The position numbers and the translations under genes are program-made. From contig OX597843.1 of assembly GCA_951406725.2 (NCBI GenBank), positions 14,384,001 through 14,448,000 on the forward strand: 64,000 bases of DNA, written 5' to 3'. Positions 14,077-27,560 of the stretch are shown piece after piece. Source of the DNA: Octopus vulgaris. Its lineage: Eukaryota. The notes below the pieces were generated by a model. The model ran no database searches. It worked only from the letters and a program-made list of their open reading frames with translations, and was not told where the DNA came from. Every line of letters begins with the position of its first letter. The stretch's first letter is position 1.

Positions 14077-15650
14077 AAAAGCACCAACCGTTCGTGGCTG
14101 TTTTCCACCCTGCTCTGGCCCCCTGTGCCGGTGGCACGTAAAAAACACCCACTACACTCACAGAGTGGTTGGCGTTAGAAACAGCTGTAGAAACACTGCC
14201 AATTCAGACTAGAGCCTGGCGCAGCCTCCATGGCTTACCAGACCCCGGTCGAACCGTCCGACCCATAGAGCCTGGCGCAGCCTCCATGGCTTACCAGACC
14301 CCGGTCGAACCGTCCGACCCATAGAGACTGGTGCTGCCTCCATGGCTTACCAGACCCCGGTCGAACCGTCCGACCCATAGAGACTGGTGCTGCCTCCATG
14401 GCTTACCAGACCCCGGTCGAACCGTCCGACCCATAGAGCCTGGCGCAGCCTCCATGGCTTACCAGACCCCGGTCGAACCGTCCGACCCATAGAGCCTGGC
14501 GCAGCCTCCATGGCTTACCAGACCCGGTCGAACCGTCCGACCCATAGAGACTGGTGCTGCCTCCATGGCTTACCAGACCCCGGTCGAACCGTCCGACCCA
14601 TCGAGACTGGTGCTGCCTCCATGGCTTACCAGACCCTGGTCGAACCGTCCGACTCATAGAGACTGGTGCTGCCTCCATGGCTTACCAGACCCCGGTCGAA
14701 CCGTCCGAATCATAGAGACTGGTGCTGCCTCCATGGCTTACCAGACCCCGGTCGAACCGTCCAACTCATAGAGACTGGTGCTGCCTCCATGGCTTACCAG
14801 ACCCCGGTCGAACCGTCCGACTCATAGAGACTGGTGCTGCCTCCATGGCTTACCAGACCCTGGTCGAACCGTCCGACCCATAGAGACTGGTGCTGCCTCC
14901 ATGGCTTACCAGACCCCGGTCAAACCGTCCGACCCATAGAGACTGGTGCTGCCTCCATGGCTTACCAGACCCCGGTCGAACCGTCCGACCCATAGAGACT
15001 GGTGCTGCCTCCATGGCTTACCAGACCCCGGTCGAACCGTCCGACCCATAGAGACTGGTGCTGCCTCCATGGCTTACCAGACCCCGGTCGAACCGTCCGA
15101 CCCATAGAGACTGGTGCTGCCTCCATGGCTTACCAGACCCCGGTTGAACCGTCCGACTCATAGAGACTGGTGCTGCCTCCATGGCTTACCAGACCCCGGT
15201 CGAACCGTCCGACTCATAGAGACTGGTGCTGCCTCCATGGCTTACCAGACCCCAGTCGAACCGTCCGACCCATAGAGACTGGTGCTGCCTCCATGGCTTA
15301 CCAGACCCCGGTCGAACCGTCCGACCCATAGAGACTGGTGCTGCCTCCATGGCTTACCAGACCCCGGTCAAACCGTCCAACTCATAGAGACTGGTGCTGT
15401 CTCCATGGCTTACCAGACCCCGGTCGAACCGTCTGATCCATAGAGACTGGTGCTGTCTCCATGGCTTACCAGACTCCGGTCGAACCGTCCACTTCATAGA
15501 GACTGGTGCTGTCTCCATGGCTTACCAGACCCCGGTCGAACCGTCTGATCCATAGAGACTGGTGCTGCCTCCATGGCTTACCAGACCCCAGTTGAACCAT
15601 CCAACCCATGCTAGCATGGAAAACGGACGTTAAATGATGATGATGATGAT
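14077..15650 (+). mobile_element. SINE family B ((GAT)n tail) containing an internal tandem array
   Basis: gagtggttggcgttag body before the array; gctagcatggaaaacggacgttaaatgatgatgat tail after it. Other copies on minus at ~26645-27180, 28980-29270, 34350-34700, 43600-43815, 50675-50990, 56220-56560. Confidence 0.85.
14210..15608 (+). repeat. Minisatellite, 25 x 56 bp
   Basis: Unit tagagactggtgctgcctccatggcttaccagaccccggtcgaaccgtccgaccca; 1399 bp with one 1-bp deletion; no spacers. Confidence 0.97.
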
Positions 15651-15654
15651 AAGA

Positions 15655-16245
15655 ATGAAAGGCAAAAATCAAACTCAATGGAATTTGAACTCAGAATGTA
15701 AAAACGGACAAAATGCCACAAAGCATTTCACCCGGTCTGCTAACGATTCTGCCAGCGCATCACCTTATATTATAACAACAACAAAAATAATAATAATAAT
15801 AATGATGATTTCAAATTTTGGCACAAGGCCAGCAATTTCAGGGATGGGGTAAGTCAATTACATCGACCCCAGTGTCCCACTGGTACTTTTTTTATCGACC
15901 CTGAAGGGATGAGAGGCAAAGTTGACCTTAGCAGGTTTTGAACTCAGAATGAAGTGGCAGCCGAAATACTGTTAAGCATTTTGCCTGGTGTGCTAACGAT
16001 TCTGCCAGCTCGCTGCCTTATTTATAATAATTATTATTTCAAATTTTTGCCACAAGGGCAGCTTGGGGGAGGAGGGGAAGAGTCGATTACATCGACCCCA
16101 GTGTTCAACTGGTACTTATTTAATCGACCCCAAAAGGATGAAAGGCAAAGTCAACCTCGGTGGAATTCAAACTCAGAATGTGGCAACGGGCGAGACACCG
16201 CTAAGCATTTCATCCAGAAAGCTAATTATTCAGCCAATTCGACTA
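15655..16245 (-). mobile_element. Three tandem degraded copies of SINE family C (Meta-like domain)
   Basis: Repeated tcgacccc..aaggatgaaaggcaaagtc...gctaacgattctgccagc. Confidence 0.8.
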
Positions 16246-16674
16246 AAAATTCAAGGTGGTGCCCCAGCATGGCCAAAGTGAAAGATTAAAGAAGCTACAA
16301 GTGCAGTTAATAAATTCATATTGCAACCATGAGGCATCAGGTTTCAATCCCACTTTGCAGTACCTCAGACTGACCAATCCCTCATTAGTAAAAATTGGTA
16401 GAAAGAAACTGTAAGGAAGCCTAATATATATTTGAGGATCAATTTTCCATTCCATGCTAGTATATGTTGGATAGGGTTTGTCATGGTTGGAATCGGTTCT
16501 TGTTCAGCGATATCCCTCCTTGAATGAGTTGGATGAGCCTCATTTTTGGCAGGGTCATGGCTGGATGCCCTTTCTGTCACCAACCATGCTACGGAGTGGA
16601 CTGGTAACTGGCAATATTTTATTGCCGGTCTATAATATACATAATACACCGACACTATAAATATACATACATAC

Positions 16675-16872
16675 ACACGTAGACATATATATACATATAC
16701 ACACACGTAGACATATATATACATATACACACACGTAGACATATATATACATATACACACACGTAGACATATATATACATATACACACACGTAGACATAT
16801 ATATACATATACACACACGTAGACATATATATACATATACACACACGTAGACATATATATACATATACACAT
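16675..16872. repeat. 28-bp minisatellite x7
   Basis: agacatatatatacatatacacacacgt at 16681, 16709 ... 16849. Confidence 0.92.
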
Positions 16873-16955
16873 GCCCATATACATATGCTCACACATGTAC
16901 GCATCCAAAATCAAACATGTATACACAGACAAATGCAAACAGAAAAGTACATGCA

Positions 16956-17021
<66 letters not shown>

Positions 17022-18075
17022 AGCATTCAGATCTTGTGATTTTGTAAGGAAATCAATATTCTCTTTTTTGTTTTTCTGTCTGCCAGTTTCGGAAAAGCAG
17101 GGTTATTAATCATAATTAACACAGATTCTGCCTTGGATTTAGGTCAATGCTTCCTGACTGTTTTTCATTCTATCGACCCCTTTGATTACCATTTTATTCT
17201 GGTGGTTCCCCCACCCCGTAGCCATTCATCATTTAACATCTGCCTTCCATGCTAGCATGGGTGGGACGGTACCACAAGCCTGCACCAGACTTCTGTGACT
17301 GTTTTGGCAGGATTTTTACAGCTGGATGCCCTTCCAAACACCAACCATTCAGCAGAGTGGACTTAGTGCTTTTTATGTGGCACCAGCACAGGCGAGGTCA
17401 GTTTTGGCAAGGTTTTTTACAGCTGGATGCCCTTCCAAACACCAACCACTTTACAGTGTGGACTGGGGTGCCTTTAGAGTGGCACCTGCAATGACAGGGT
17501 CACCAGGACAAAAAAAAAAAAGAAAAAAGAAAAAAAAACTTGCTTTATAGATACTTCTTTCCAGATTCCTATTGTGTTCTTCCCACATTTCCTTGTGTAG
17601 GTTTGAAATTACATTCACTAGGAGAACATTTCAGTGCCAGAAAGATGTTAAAATGGTAGAAAAAGAGACCTTGCTGTTCCTTGCAACAAATACATCAAAC
17701 ACATAATTTGGTCATGGACCCTTAATTTACTTCTGTAAACCCCCAATTTACTATTTTGCTCCCTATTTTGTTTTCCCTATTTCGTTTTCCACATTTCCAC
17801 TTTTGCAGATTTTTCGCAACAACACTCTCAGAAAGAACAGGTCTCAGTGGCCAGAAGCAGGTTAGCCCTTTACTGCTTAAACTGACTACATCCGGCCAAA
17901 ATATTTCTACTTGTTTTATATTCAAATTGGCCAGATCCAGCCTCTCACACTTCCCATACAATGCTCTCCTTCAAATGAGCAATCGCATCATCAAAAGCTA
18001 TGAGATAATGCAGGATTAATTGAAAACAATACGCATTATATTTGACAGAGGAATCCGGATGCTAATAGAATATTA

Positions 18076-18492
18076 GGGTCTTTTCGGTTTGAACGGCAGT
18101 TTTTTCTAGCGGTGTCACATGAAATTGTCACCCATAATTATGACCCTAGTATTGATCTATTGCATTTCAATCTGTTTTAGGGTTCGGGGTAGGAGGAAGG
18201 GTATCTTTTTTTCTTCAGAAATGTAAATAACCACCAATCTGTTTCTTAAACGAGGGACATATTCATACAGCACAGAATGTTTTTTTTTTACCTCAATAGA
18301 CATCATTGATTGGTTGAAATTGCAGAAATTGAAGAAAAAAAACAACAAATATCTTACAAACCATAGAATTTTCTCAATAAAGCCAAGAGAAAAAGATGTT
18401 TTATAAACACATTCTACCAGTATACGAAGTTTAAAAGTGTTTAGTTACGTGGAAATTATTTTTAAAAACTGCTGGTCAAACTGAAAAGATCC
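18076..18492 (+). mobile_element. GG-MITE, full length, perfect 8-bp TSD
   Basis: gaatatta at 18068-18075 and 18493-18500; TIRs gggtcttttcggtttga / tcaaactgaaaagatcc. Confidence 0.93.
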
Positions 18493-19074
18493 GAATATTA
18501 GAGAAAGAAACCAAGTTGCTTCTTCTAATATAAAATTTATTGAGGGGGGAAATTCTTGAAATCCATTCTATGTCTCAGGAAAGCCCTACATAAAGGCCTT
18601 TTCTGTCTTTGTTTCTATGAAGGGATTAAAGAAATCCTAAAACTGTCATTGAAAAATAGGCAGCATGAAATCCTTCAGATGCCACAAAGAAGATTAAAGA
18701 ATCTTCATCTTAATCCTTTTGTTAACATATTTTGAAAATAAGCAGGAATTTGGTAAAATATTAAAACAGGAAGCATGTATCACAGAACCAGTCTCAGATG
18801 AGTTGGTATCGAAAGGGTTAAGACAAATATTAATGGAAAGATCTGGAAGGCTGAATCAGATGACTGGGAGATTTCTGTAGAATTACACTGCCTTTGTTGC
18901 AATTCATTTTGAGAATAATGAAGAATTTGGTAAAAATAACCTTGCCATTATTAATCTGTTGTTTGGAACATAAATGAACATGGAATTTTGAGGGAAGGTT
19001 TTGAGATCAGTTTAAAACAGGAAGTTTGTATCATAGAACCAGTGGGGGTGGTCTCAGGTGGATTGGTATCAAAA

Positions 19075-19303
19075 GGCGGCAAGCTGGCAGAAACGCTAGC
19101 ACGCCGGGCGAAATGCTTAGCAGTATTTCGTCTGTGTTACGTTGTGAGTTCAAATTCCGCCGAGGTCGACTTTGCCTTTCATCCTTTCGGGGTCGATAAA
19201 TTAAGTACCAGTGAGTAACTGAGGTCGATGTAATCAACTTAATACCTATGTCTGCCTTGTTTGTCCCCTCTGTGATTAGCCCCTTGTGGGTAATAAAGAA
19301 ATA
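19075..19303 (+). mobile_element. SINE family C, full length, inserted in the end of a piggyBac-type MITE
   Basis: ggcggcaagctggcagaa...gcctttcatcctttcggggtcgataaattaagtacc; TSD ggtatcaaaa(gg) at 19065 and 19304. Confidence 0.9.
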
Positions 19304-19649
19304 GGTATCAAAAGGGTTAACCAAGACCTTGTGTAGCCTAAATTCCCTTTTAATCCCCTATTAAGGTCATTCCCCATCCCCTGTAAAGTCCTTTTACTGG
19401 CAAAAGTGTGCTAGGATTCCTCTACCGCAGTGAATATGTTGTACATCGTTATAAGATAATTAAAAATAATTAAACAAAACGAAACACATCTGTGTATATT
19501 TAACCAAATTATCGCTAATTACTGTGAATTCCTAATCTCATGGAATTCTGGGGTTCCAGGAAAGATTGGTTGGGGTATGCTCTATTGAATCGATGGATAA
19601 ACTAGATTTTCACATGCAGTAAGTTACCTACAGGTCTGTATTTTGTTGA

Positions 19650-19776
19650 GAGAGAGAGAAAATGAGAGAGAGAGAGAGGTAGGTAGAGAGGGAGATAGGT
19701 AAAGAAAGAGAGAGAGAGACAGACAGACAGAAAGATAGATAGATACATATTGATAAAAATAGACAGAAACTAACAG

Positions 19777-19834
<58 letters not shown>

Positions 19835-20300
19835 AAGCTGAAAGAGATAGTTTTAGAAAGATTAAGGAAGATATGGAGAGACCAAAAATTGGGGGGGGGA
19901 GAGAGAGATGTAAAGAAAGAAAAACAGAGAGATTACATAGAGAGAGGGAGAGATTAGAATGATGTAGAGGGGGGGGGGAGTAAAACAGCAGAAAACAAAT
20001 AGGAAAAAAGAAAAAAGGGATGTTCAGTGCCAGACAAAAATGTTAATAGAAATAATTCTGTGAATGGAATCAATTTTGTACCACGAGGAAGAGAGAGGGA
20101 GAGAGAGAGAGAGAGAGAATTCTAAACGTAACCATTTCCTGCCAGAACTTCTCATGGGAGAGATATGAAATGTCAAAAGAGAGAGAGAGAATGAGAGAGA
20201 TAGGTAGAGAGATAGAGAGATAGGTTAGGCAGGAAGAGAATAGATTTCATAGAAAAATATATACATAAAACACAGAGGATCTGCTCAGATAATAAGTGTG

Positions 20301-20352
<52 letters not shown>

Positions 20353-20377
20353 GTGTGTGTGTGTTTGTGTGTGTGTT

Positions 20378-20425
<48 letters not shown>

Positions 20426-20527
20426 TGTGTGTGAGTGTTTGTGCGTGTGTGTGTGTGTTTGTGCGTGTGTGTGTTTGTGCGTGTGTGTGTGCGTATGCGT
20501 GTGTGTATGTGAGTGTTTGTGCGTGTG

Positions 20528-20608
<81 letters not shown>

Positions 20609-20707
20609 CTGTGTTTGTGTGGGTCTGTGTGTGTGTGTGTGTGTTTGTGTGTTTGTGTGTTTGAGTGTGTGTCTGTGTGTTTGTGTCTGTGTGTGTACGT
20701 TTGTGTG

Positions 20708-20738
<31 letters not shown>

Positions 20739-20812
20739 GTCTGTGTGTTTGTGTGCATGTGTATTTGAGTGTGTGTGTTTGTGTGTGTGTGGGCATGAGC
20801 ACACACACACAC
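19650..20812. repeat. (GA)n and long (GT)n microsatellites
   Basis: Direct inspection. Confidence 0.95.
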
Positions 20813-21016
20813 ACTATTTTAATGTTAATTAATACAAGTGAGTATCTTGTTATTTAAATGTTTAGGATGAGTTGCTAATTAAGATAAGAAATTTTAAGAC
20901 TAATTAACCTCATTAGAGAGATGAAACACGTGTTTTATATATTTCTGTTTAATTTCCAATCACCAACAGGTGTCTCATTGCTGGGTGTGTACTAGATTAG
21001 AATTAGTCAATTTTAC

Positions 21017-21050
<34 letters not shown>

Positions 21051-21431
21051 GTGCGGGTTTGGTTGTGAAATGAGAAGTTTATTTCCCAACCACATGGTTC
21101 TGGGTTCAGTCCCACTGCATGACACCTAGGGCAAGCGTCATCTACTTATAGCCTCAGGTGACCAAAACCTTGAAAGTGGGTCTGGTAGATGGAAATGGAA
21201 AGAAGCCCGTTGTGTGTGTGTGTGCCCCCCCCCCCACTGCTGCTTGACAACTAGTGTTGGTATGTTTGCATTCTCATAACTTAGCAGTTCAGCAAATGAA
21301 TCCACCAGCATTATGTACCAGGTTAAGAAAAAAGAAAGTATTGGGGTTGATTCATCTAAAATTCTTCATGGCAGTGCTCCAGTATGGCCACAGTCTCATG
21401 AGTGAAACAAGTAGAAAATATATATATACAC

Positions 21432-21462
<31 letters not shown>

Positions 21463-21676
21463 TATATACACACATTCCTTCCAAGCACATATATACACAC
21501 ATTCCTTCCAAGCACACATATACACACCTTCCTTCCAACCACATGCTACACACCTTCCTTCCAAGCATTGCTGTAAACAGGGAAAGTGAGCCAGAACATT
21601 AAAACTTAGCACACATGGACAGCAGAGGTCAAGGTCAGTCTGTGCCCACCGGTTTTACTCTGCATCCCTTAGCCTC

Positions 21677-21690
21677 GTTACTATGGCAAC
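21677..21690. promoter_or_regulatory. RFX X-box-like palindrome
   Basis: GTTACTATGGCAAC versus X-box consensus GTTGCCATGGCAAC, in non-repeat sequence. Confidence 0.45.
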
Positions 21691-22635
21691 AGTCCGGATA
21701 CTTATTGATCAAACCATGTATTTACATTTATATTTACTTGTTTCACTCATTTGATCCCAGGACTTATCCTTTGTAAGCCTTGTACTTATTCTATCGGTCT
21801 CTTTTGCCAAACCATTAAGTTACGGGGACGTCAACACACCAACATCGGTTGTCAAGCAATGGCACAAGGACAAAGACAAACAGACAGACACACAAATATG
21901 TACACATATGTACACACACACACATACATACGATGGGTCATCTAAACTATTTTTCAGCCACTTTGATCTGTGACAGTGATCAGGCGTCTTATTCTTGGGT
22001 CAGAGATTAAACTTATTGATTGTTCGTGTAAATATTGGAAATAAACACTAAACTAAGTTCAGAAACACAGGTACCGGGTTCAAATCCAGATTAGTACACT
22101 CTCTGCCGTATAGTGGGACTGAACCCAAAACCATGTGATTGGCAAGAAAACCTCTTACCATGAATGTTTTTTTTATTTAAATTTATTAATAATGCTTCTT
22201 CTCTTATGAAAAATTTAATCAGTCTGATAATTTAGAAAGTTAACAAATACTCAGTCACTGTTTAGTATGCTGAGAAGCCTTTTATTTCTTTTTTTTTTTA
22301 TTCTCAATTTGGTTAATTAATATCAATTAAAGTTTAACTTGAAATGGAAATCCAGAAGGCCAATTTGGTCGGATACGAAAGAGAGAGAGTATAAAGAAAG
22401 TTGGGGGTGGTTGCCATGATGAGATTGATCAAAGCTTGGAAAGGAAGGAGATTAGAAGCCACGGGTTTAAGGATAACGGTTGGCATTGATTACGGTGGTG
22501 GTGGGGTGGCGTTATATTGGTATGCTGGGTGGAGCTGTTTACATATTGGTGATTTTGTAAAGGTACTTACATCCTCAGTTATCGGCAAGACAGCTTTGCA
22601 AATATAATAAAAATAAATTTATATTATAGACGTAT

Positions 22636-22822
22636 AAAAAGAGAGAAAGAGAGAGAGAGAGAGAGATAAAGAGAGAGAGAGAGGAAATAGAGAGAGAGAG
22701 AGGAAATAGAGAGAGAGAGAGAGGAAATAGAGAGAGAGAGAGAGGAAATAGAGAGAGAAAGAGAGGAAGTAGAGAAAGAGAGAGGAAATAGAGAAAGAGA
22801 GAGGAAATAGAGAGAGAGAGAG

Positions 22823-22855
<33 letters not shown>

Positions 22856-23088
22856 GAAATAGAGAGAGAAATATAGAGAGAGGAAATAGAGAGAGAAAGA
22901 GAGGAAATAGAGAAAGAGAGAGGAAAGAGAGAGAGAGAGAGGAAATAGAGAGAGAGAGAAAGAGAGGAAATAGAGAGAGAAAGAGAAAGAGAGGAAATAG
23001 AGAGAGAGAGGAAATAGAGAGAGAGAGGAAATAGAGAGAGAAAGAGAGAGAGAGAGGAAATAGAGAGAGAAAGAGAGAGAGAGAGGAA

Positions 23089-23125
<37 letters not shown>

Positions 23126-24090
23126 GGACTTTTTGTCTTGGCCGGAGCATCATTAAAAAATGATTCTTGTTATTACAGTGGGGTGGGGGGTGAGGGTGGG
23201 GGAAGACCATATAAGTCTTTGTTTGTTCTTCATTAAGTGCTAATGATTTAGTCATCTGTGAATGGCTTTTGTCAATAAAGGACATGCAAGAAGATATATA
23301 CATATATATAAATACACACACATAAATTAAAATTACAAGAGGATAGAGAGAGAGGGGGGGAAGAGAGAAAAGAGAGGGAAGAGAAAGAGAAAAGAGAGAG
23401 AAGAAAGAAAGGAGAAGAGAGAGGGAAGAGAAAGAGAGAAGGAAGAGAAAGAGAAAAGAGAAGAGAAAGAGAGAAAAGAGAGAGAGAAGAGACAAAGAAA
23501 GAGAAAAGAGAGAAGAGAAAGAGAGAGGAGAGAGAAAAGAGAAAGAGTGGGAAGAGAAAGAGAGAGGGAAGAGAAAAAGAAGAGAGAAGAGAAAGGGAGA
23601 GAAAAGAGAGAGAGAAAAGAGAGAAGAGAGAAAAGAGAGAGAGAAAAGAGAGAGAAGAGAGAAAAGAAAGAGAAAAGAGAAGAGAAAGAGAAGAGGGAAG
23701 AGAAAGAGAAGAGAAAGAGAAGAGAAAGAGAAGAGAGAAAAGAGAAAGAGAAGGAAGAGAGAGGGGGAAGAGAAAGAGAGGAGGAAGAGAAAGAGGAAAG
23801 AGAAGAGGGAAGAGAAAGAGAGAAAAGAGAAAAGAGAAGAGAAAGAAACAAAAGAGAGAAGAAACAGAGAGGAAAGAAAAAGAGAATGAGAGGAAAGAGA
23901 AGAGAGAAGAGAAAAAGAGAAAGAGAGAAAAGAGAGAAGAGAAAAAGAGAGAAAAAAGATAGGAGAAGAGAAAGAGAAGAGAAGAGAGAAGAGAAAGAGA
24001 AAAAAGAGAAGAGGAAAAGAGAGAAGAGAAAGAAAATCGAGAGAGAGAGAAGAAAAGGAGATACAAAAAAAAAAAAGAGAGATAGAGATG
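22636..24090. repeat. Two long polypurine (GA-rich) tracts
   Basis: 22636-23125 (gagaggaaata-type units) and 23340-24090, almost pure A/G. Confidence 0.95.
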
Positions 24091-24101
24091 TGGTCCCTTA
24101 C

Positions 24102-24549
24102 CTTCTGTGGAAGTGAGCCCTGCTTTGGAGGCATGGTTAAAAAATGTTATTTCTGTTGTTGAGATTTTTGTAAAGGGGTTTTCTTGTTGTTCCGGAGTAA
24201 TATTGGGGGGAAGAGGGGGAGTCACTAATTGTTCCACAGTTAATTAATTTTTTATATATATAATTTTTTTAACTTGTTTTTCTTGTAGTTTTTTTCCACT
24301 TTTTTTGGAGGGTTTTTTCTCTTATTTTTGTTTGTTTGTGAGCCCGTTTGCGTGATCCTTTATTGGTTTATGTTACGGTCAGCCAAACTTTGCCATCGTC
24401 GTAAAACCAGCAACGCCCAGTCCATTCTCTCGGAGACAATGGACAATGGGCAAGAGGCGAGATGAGGTAAAACTATCTGATGACGATGACAGACTGAATC
24501 TTTGCTAACGACTTCATCATGACGAAGACAGCCGGACAACAGGGGACAC
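24102..24549 (-). other. Candidate exon: 5' UTR plus start of CDS (MPPKQGSLPQK)
   Basis: Acceptor tctttcattttatttttgtatttaattccag| at 24550; accATG at 24134; AAG|GTAAGG donor at 24101, phase 0. Product not recognised. Confidence 0.55.
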
Positions 24550-25879
24550 CTGGAATTAAATACAAAAATAAAATGAAAGATTAACGAAATAAAACAAAAA
24601 AAACAAGCAAAGTAGTGCAGTTAAGAAATTCACTTCCAACTATGAGGTTTGAGGTTCAATCCCATCGAGTAGCACCTTGGGCAAATGGCATTGAATATAT
24701 TTGAGCGTTGTTAGTGGATTTAGAAGGCAGAAACTGTATGGAAGCCCATCATAGGCAAATGTGTGCATCTATTTGTTTTAACCCCACACTGCTTGACAAC
24801 AGGTGTTGGTTTGTTCACATCCCTCTGACTTAGCAGTTTGGCATAAATAGATTGATGGAATAAATACCAGATTTAAAAGAAATTCCAGAGGTTGATTCGT
24901 CTGCTTAAAACCTTCAAAATGGTGTCCCGGAATAGCCAATGTCCAATAACTAAAAACAACAATAAAAACAAGGGAGGGAAAGAAAATAACCAGAACTTGC
25001 TATTTACCACATTTTGGCCATGCTGGGGCACTGCTTCTTAGAGTGTTTTTCTTTTAGTCAATCACATCAATGTGGCCATGATAGAGCACCGAGCATGGGC
25101 TTGAAGAATTTTTAGTCGAATGAATTAACTCAAAGACTTCTTTTTTGTTGTTTTTGAAGCCTGGCTCTGCTATTGTTCTCTTTTGACAAAAGCTGTGGGG
25201 ATGTAAACAAACCATCACCGGTTGTTAAGTGGTGATGAGGGATAAAACTATACACGCACACACACATAAATGGAGCAGACAAAATCCAGGCAACATGTGT
25301 TTCATAGGTAGCAGATCATTGGCAGTAATAATTATCCAAACGAGGGCTAATCCGCTAGCTACTCATTGGGCCAAGGGAGTTAACAAGGGATTCCAAGTTG
25401 TCTTGTAGGAGATTCCGGTCGAATCTCCAGCTTCTTTTAGTTTCTGTCTGCCAAATCTGCTCACAAGGGTTTGTTTGATCAGCCCAAGGCTATAGTAGAA
25501 GACACTTGCCCAAGGTGCCACGCAGTGGGACTGAACCCAGGACCATATGGTTGGGAAGAAAACTTCTTCACACATCCACACTGGTGCCTCTTATTCCAAA
25601 CTGCTATGTATTTTGTCAGTCTATAAATCTAACGACCAAGTTGCTATCCTTCAACACAATAGGCTGCATATTCAAGCACTTTACCAACAACCAATATATA
25701 ACTGCCTGTCATTGTTTCTCTCACATTACTCCCTCCCCACCCCCTTTCTATGCCTGTCATTGTTTCTCCCATCACTTTATTTTTAAACACACACAAAAAA
25801 AAGTGTGTTTGATGTAACAAAAACTTATTGAAATTTATTCTTGAAACCTTATTCAATCGTTTGCTTTGTCCTGTCTCTC

Positions 25880-27560
25880 AAATGGGATCCACAAAACAGT
25901 CTTTGTCATCCATGCAGCATCACATTCCCAATTTCTTTTTTCAATTACAAGAGTAATTTGGAACTTATGGAAAGAAACCTTTATATTACTCAGGGCCTCA
26001 TAGAGGCAAAGTGGCTGAGTATTTTGAGTGTTTGGCCTCGTGGAGGCAAAGTGGTTGAGCTCCTTGGGCCACATGGAGGCAAAATAGCTGAGTTCCTTTC
26101 AAGTGTTGGGCCTCATGGAGGTGAGGAAGCTGAGTTCCTTTTGAACGGGAGTCACCGAGGCAAGGTGGTTGAGTTCCTTTCGAGTGTTGGGCCTCATGGA
26201 AGCAATGACTGAGACCTTTGGCATCATGTCATGCTTGAGAAGAAGACCCATGAAACCGAGCAAAATTGCAGCATGGACATGTGGTAAATGATGATGATGA
26301 TGATGAAACAAAGACTAACAAAAACTCTGTAAACAAGTGTAGACATTCAGGGCAATGTTATGGAAATGCTTTGGACAGGCAAAAGGCTGACGTTGCAGAT
26401 AGACCCACCGTAAAGACACTTTGGGTATAACACAAATTCACCAGCATCACACTAAGGCTGTCTCTTCCAAAAGAACTGCTCAACCCTAGGCCTCTCCTGT
26501 CTGACCCTAATATGAGAGACAGGACATATTCCCCTGGCATCCATGCATCATATGATGATACACATTCCCAGTTTCTTTCTTCGATTACAGACAGAAACTC
26601 GGGACTTAGGAAAGCTTTATTTTACTCAGAACATATGAAACAAGCATCATCATTTAACGTCCGCTTTCCATGCTAGCATGGGTTGGACGATTTTGACTGA
26701 GGGCTGGTGAGCCAGATGGCTGCACCAGTCTCCAATCTTGATCTGGCAATGTTTCTACAGCTGGATGCCCTTCCTAATGCCAACCACTCCGAGAGTGTAG
26801 TGGGTGCTTTTTACGTGCCAAGGCACGGGGGCCAGTCAGGCGGTACTGGCAATGACCTCGCTCGAATCTTTTTACACATGCCACCAGCACAGGTGCCAGT
26901 AAGGTGACGTTGGTAACAATCATGTTCGAATGGTGCCCTTTTACGTGCCACTGGCACGGAAGCCAGTTGGCTGCTCTCGCAACAATCACACTCGGATGGT
27001 GCTCTTGGCACCCTGCTAGCACGGGCACAAGTGCCAGTAAGGCGACGCTGGTAACGATCACGCTTGAATGGTGCCTTTTAAGTGCCACTGGCATGGAAGC
27101 CGGTTAGCCGCTCTGTCAATGATCACGCTTGTATGGTGCTCTTTGCACCCTGCTAGCACGGACGCCAGTCATCGAATGTGATTTTGATTTTGCTTTTGAT
27201 TGGCTGACTAAAAGTCTGAAAAGAAGCATGGATGTTTAGGATAGACTTATGAAAATGATTTGGACAGCCAAAAGGTTCATGTCACAGAAGGACCCAATAT
27301 AAGGACACATTTTGTATAACAAAACTGTCTCTCCTAACAGAACTGCTTATCCCTTTGGCCTGTCTTGTGTGTCACATAGGATACTCGGGACATATTTCCC
27401 TTGCACCCATGCAACATATAAGATAGACATTGCCAATTTTTTATTTTAATCACTAGAGTAAATTATATTCAGAATATATGAAAACAAAGGATAACTAAAC
27501 GTCTGAAAACAATTATGGACATTGGGGACAAACTTATGAAAAGGATTTGGACAGGTAAAC
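25880..27560. repeat. Old diverged tandem repeat (~300-330 bp unit, ~3 units) interrupted by SINEs
   Basis: Recurring ttatg(g/a)aa...tttggacag, ccatgca.cat, cacattccca and tactcag motifs at ~25910, 26355-26640, 27245-27560. Confidence 0.65.

Noticed and set aside
14210-15608. CRISPR-like array
   Set aside because: Units are contiguous with no unique spacers, derive from a SINE, and there are no cas genes; the context is eukaryotic.
20173-20857. His/Thr-rich and Cys/Val-rich ORFs (also 3867-5250)
   Set aside because: (CA)n/(TG)n repeats.
22575-24237. 519-aa and 321-aa S/L/F-rich ORFs
   Set aside because: Read-through of a polypyrimidine tract; only the first 11 codons before the GT donor are plausible coding sequence.
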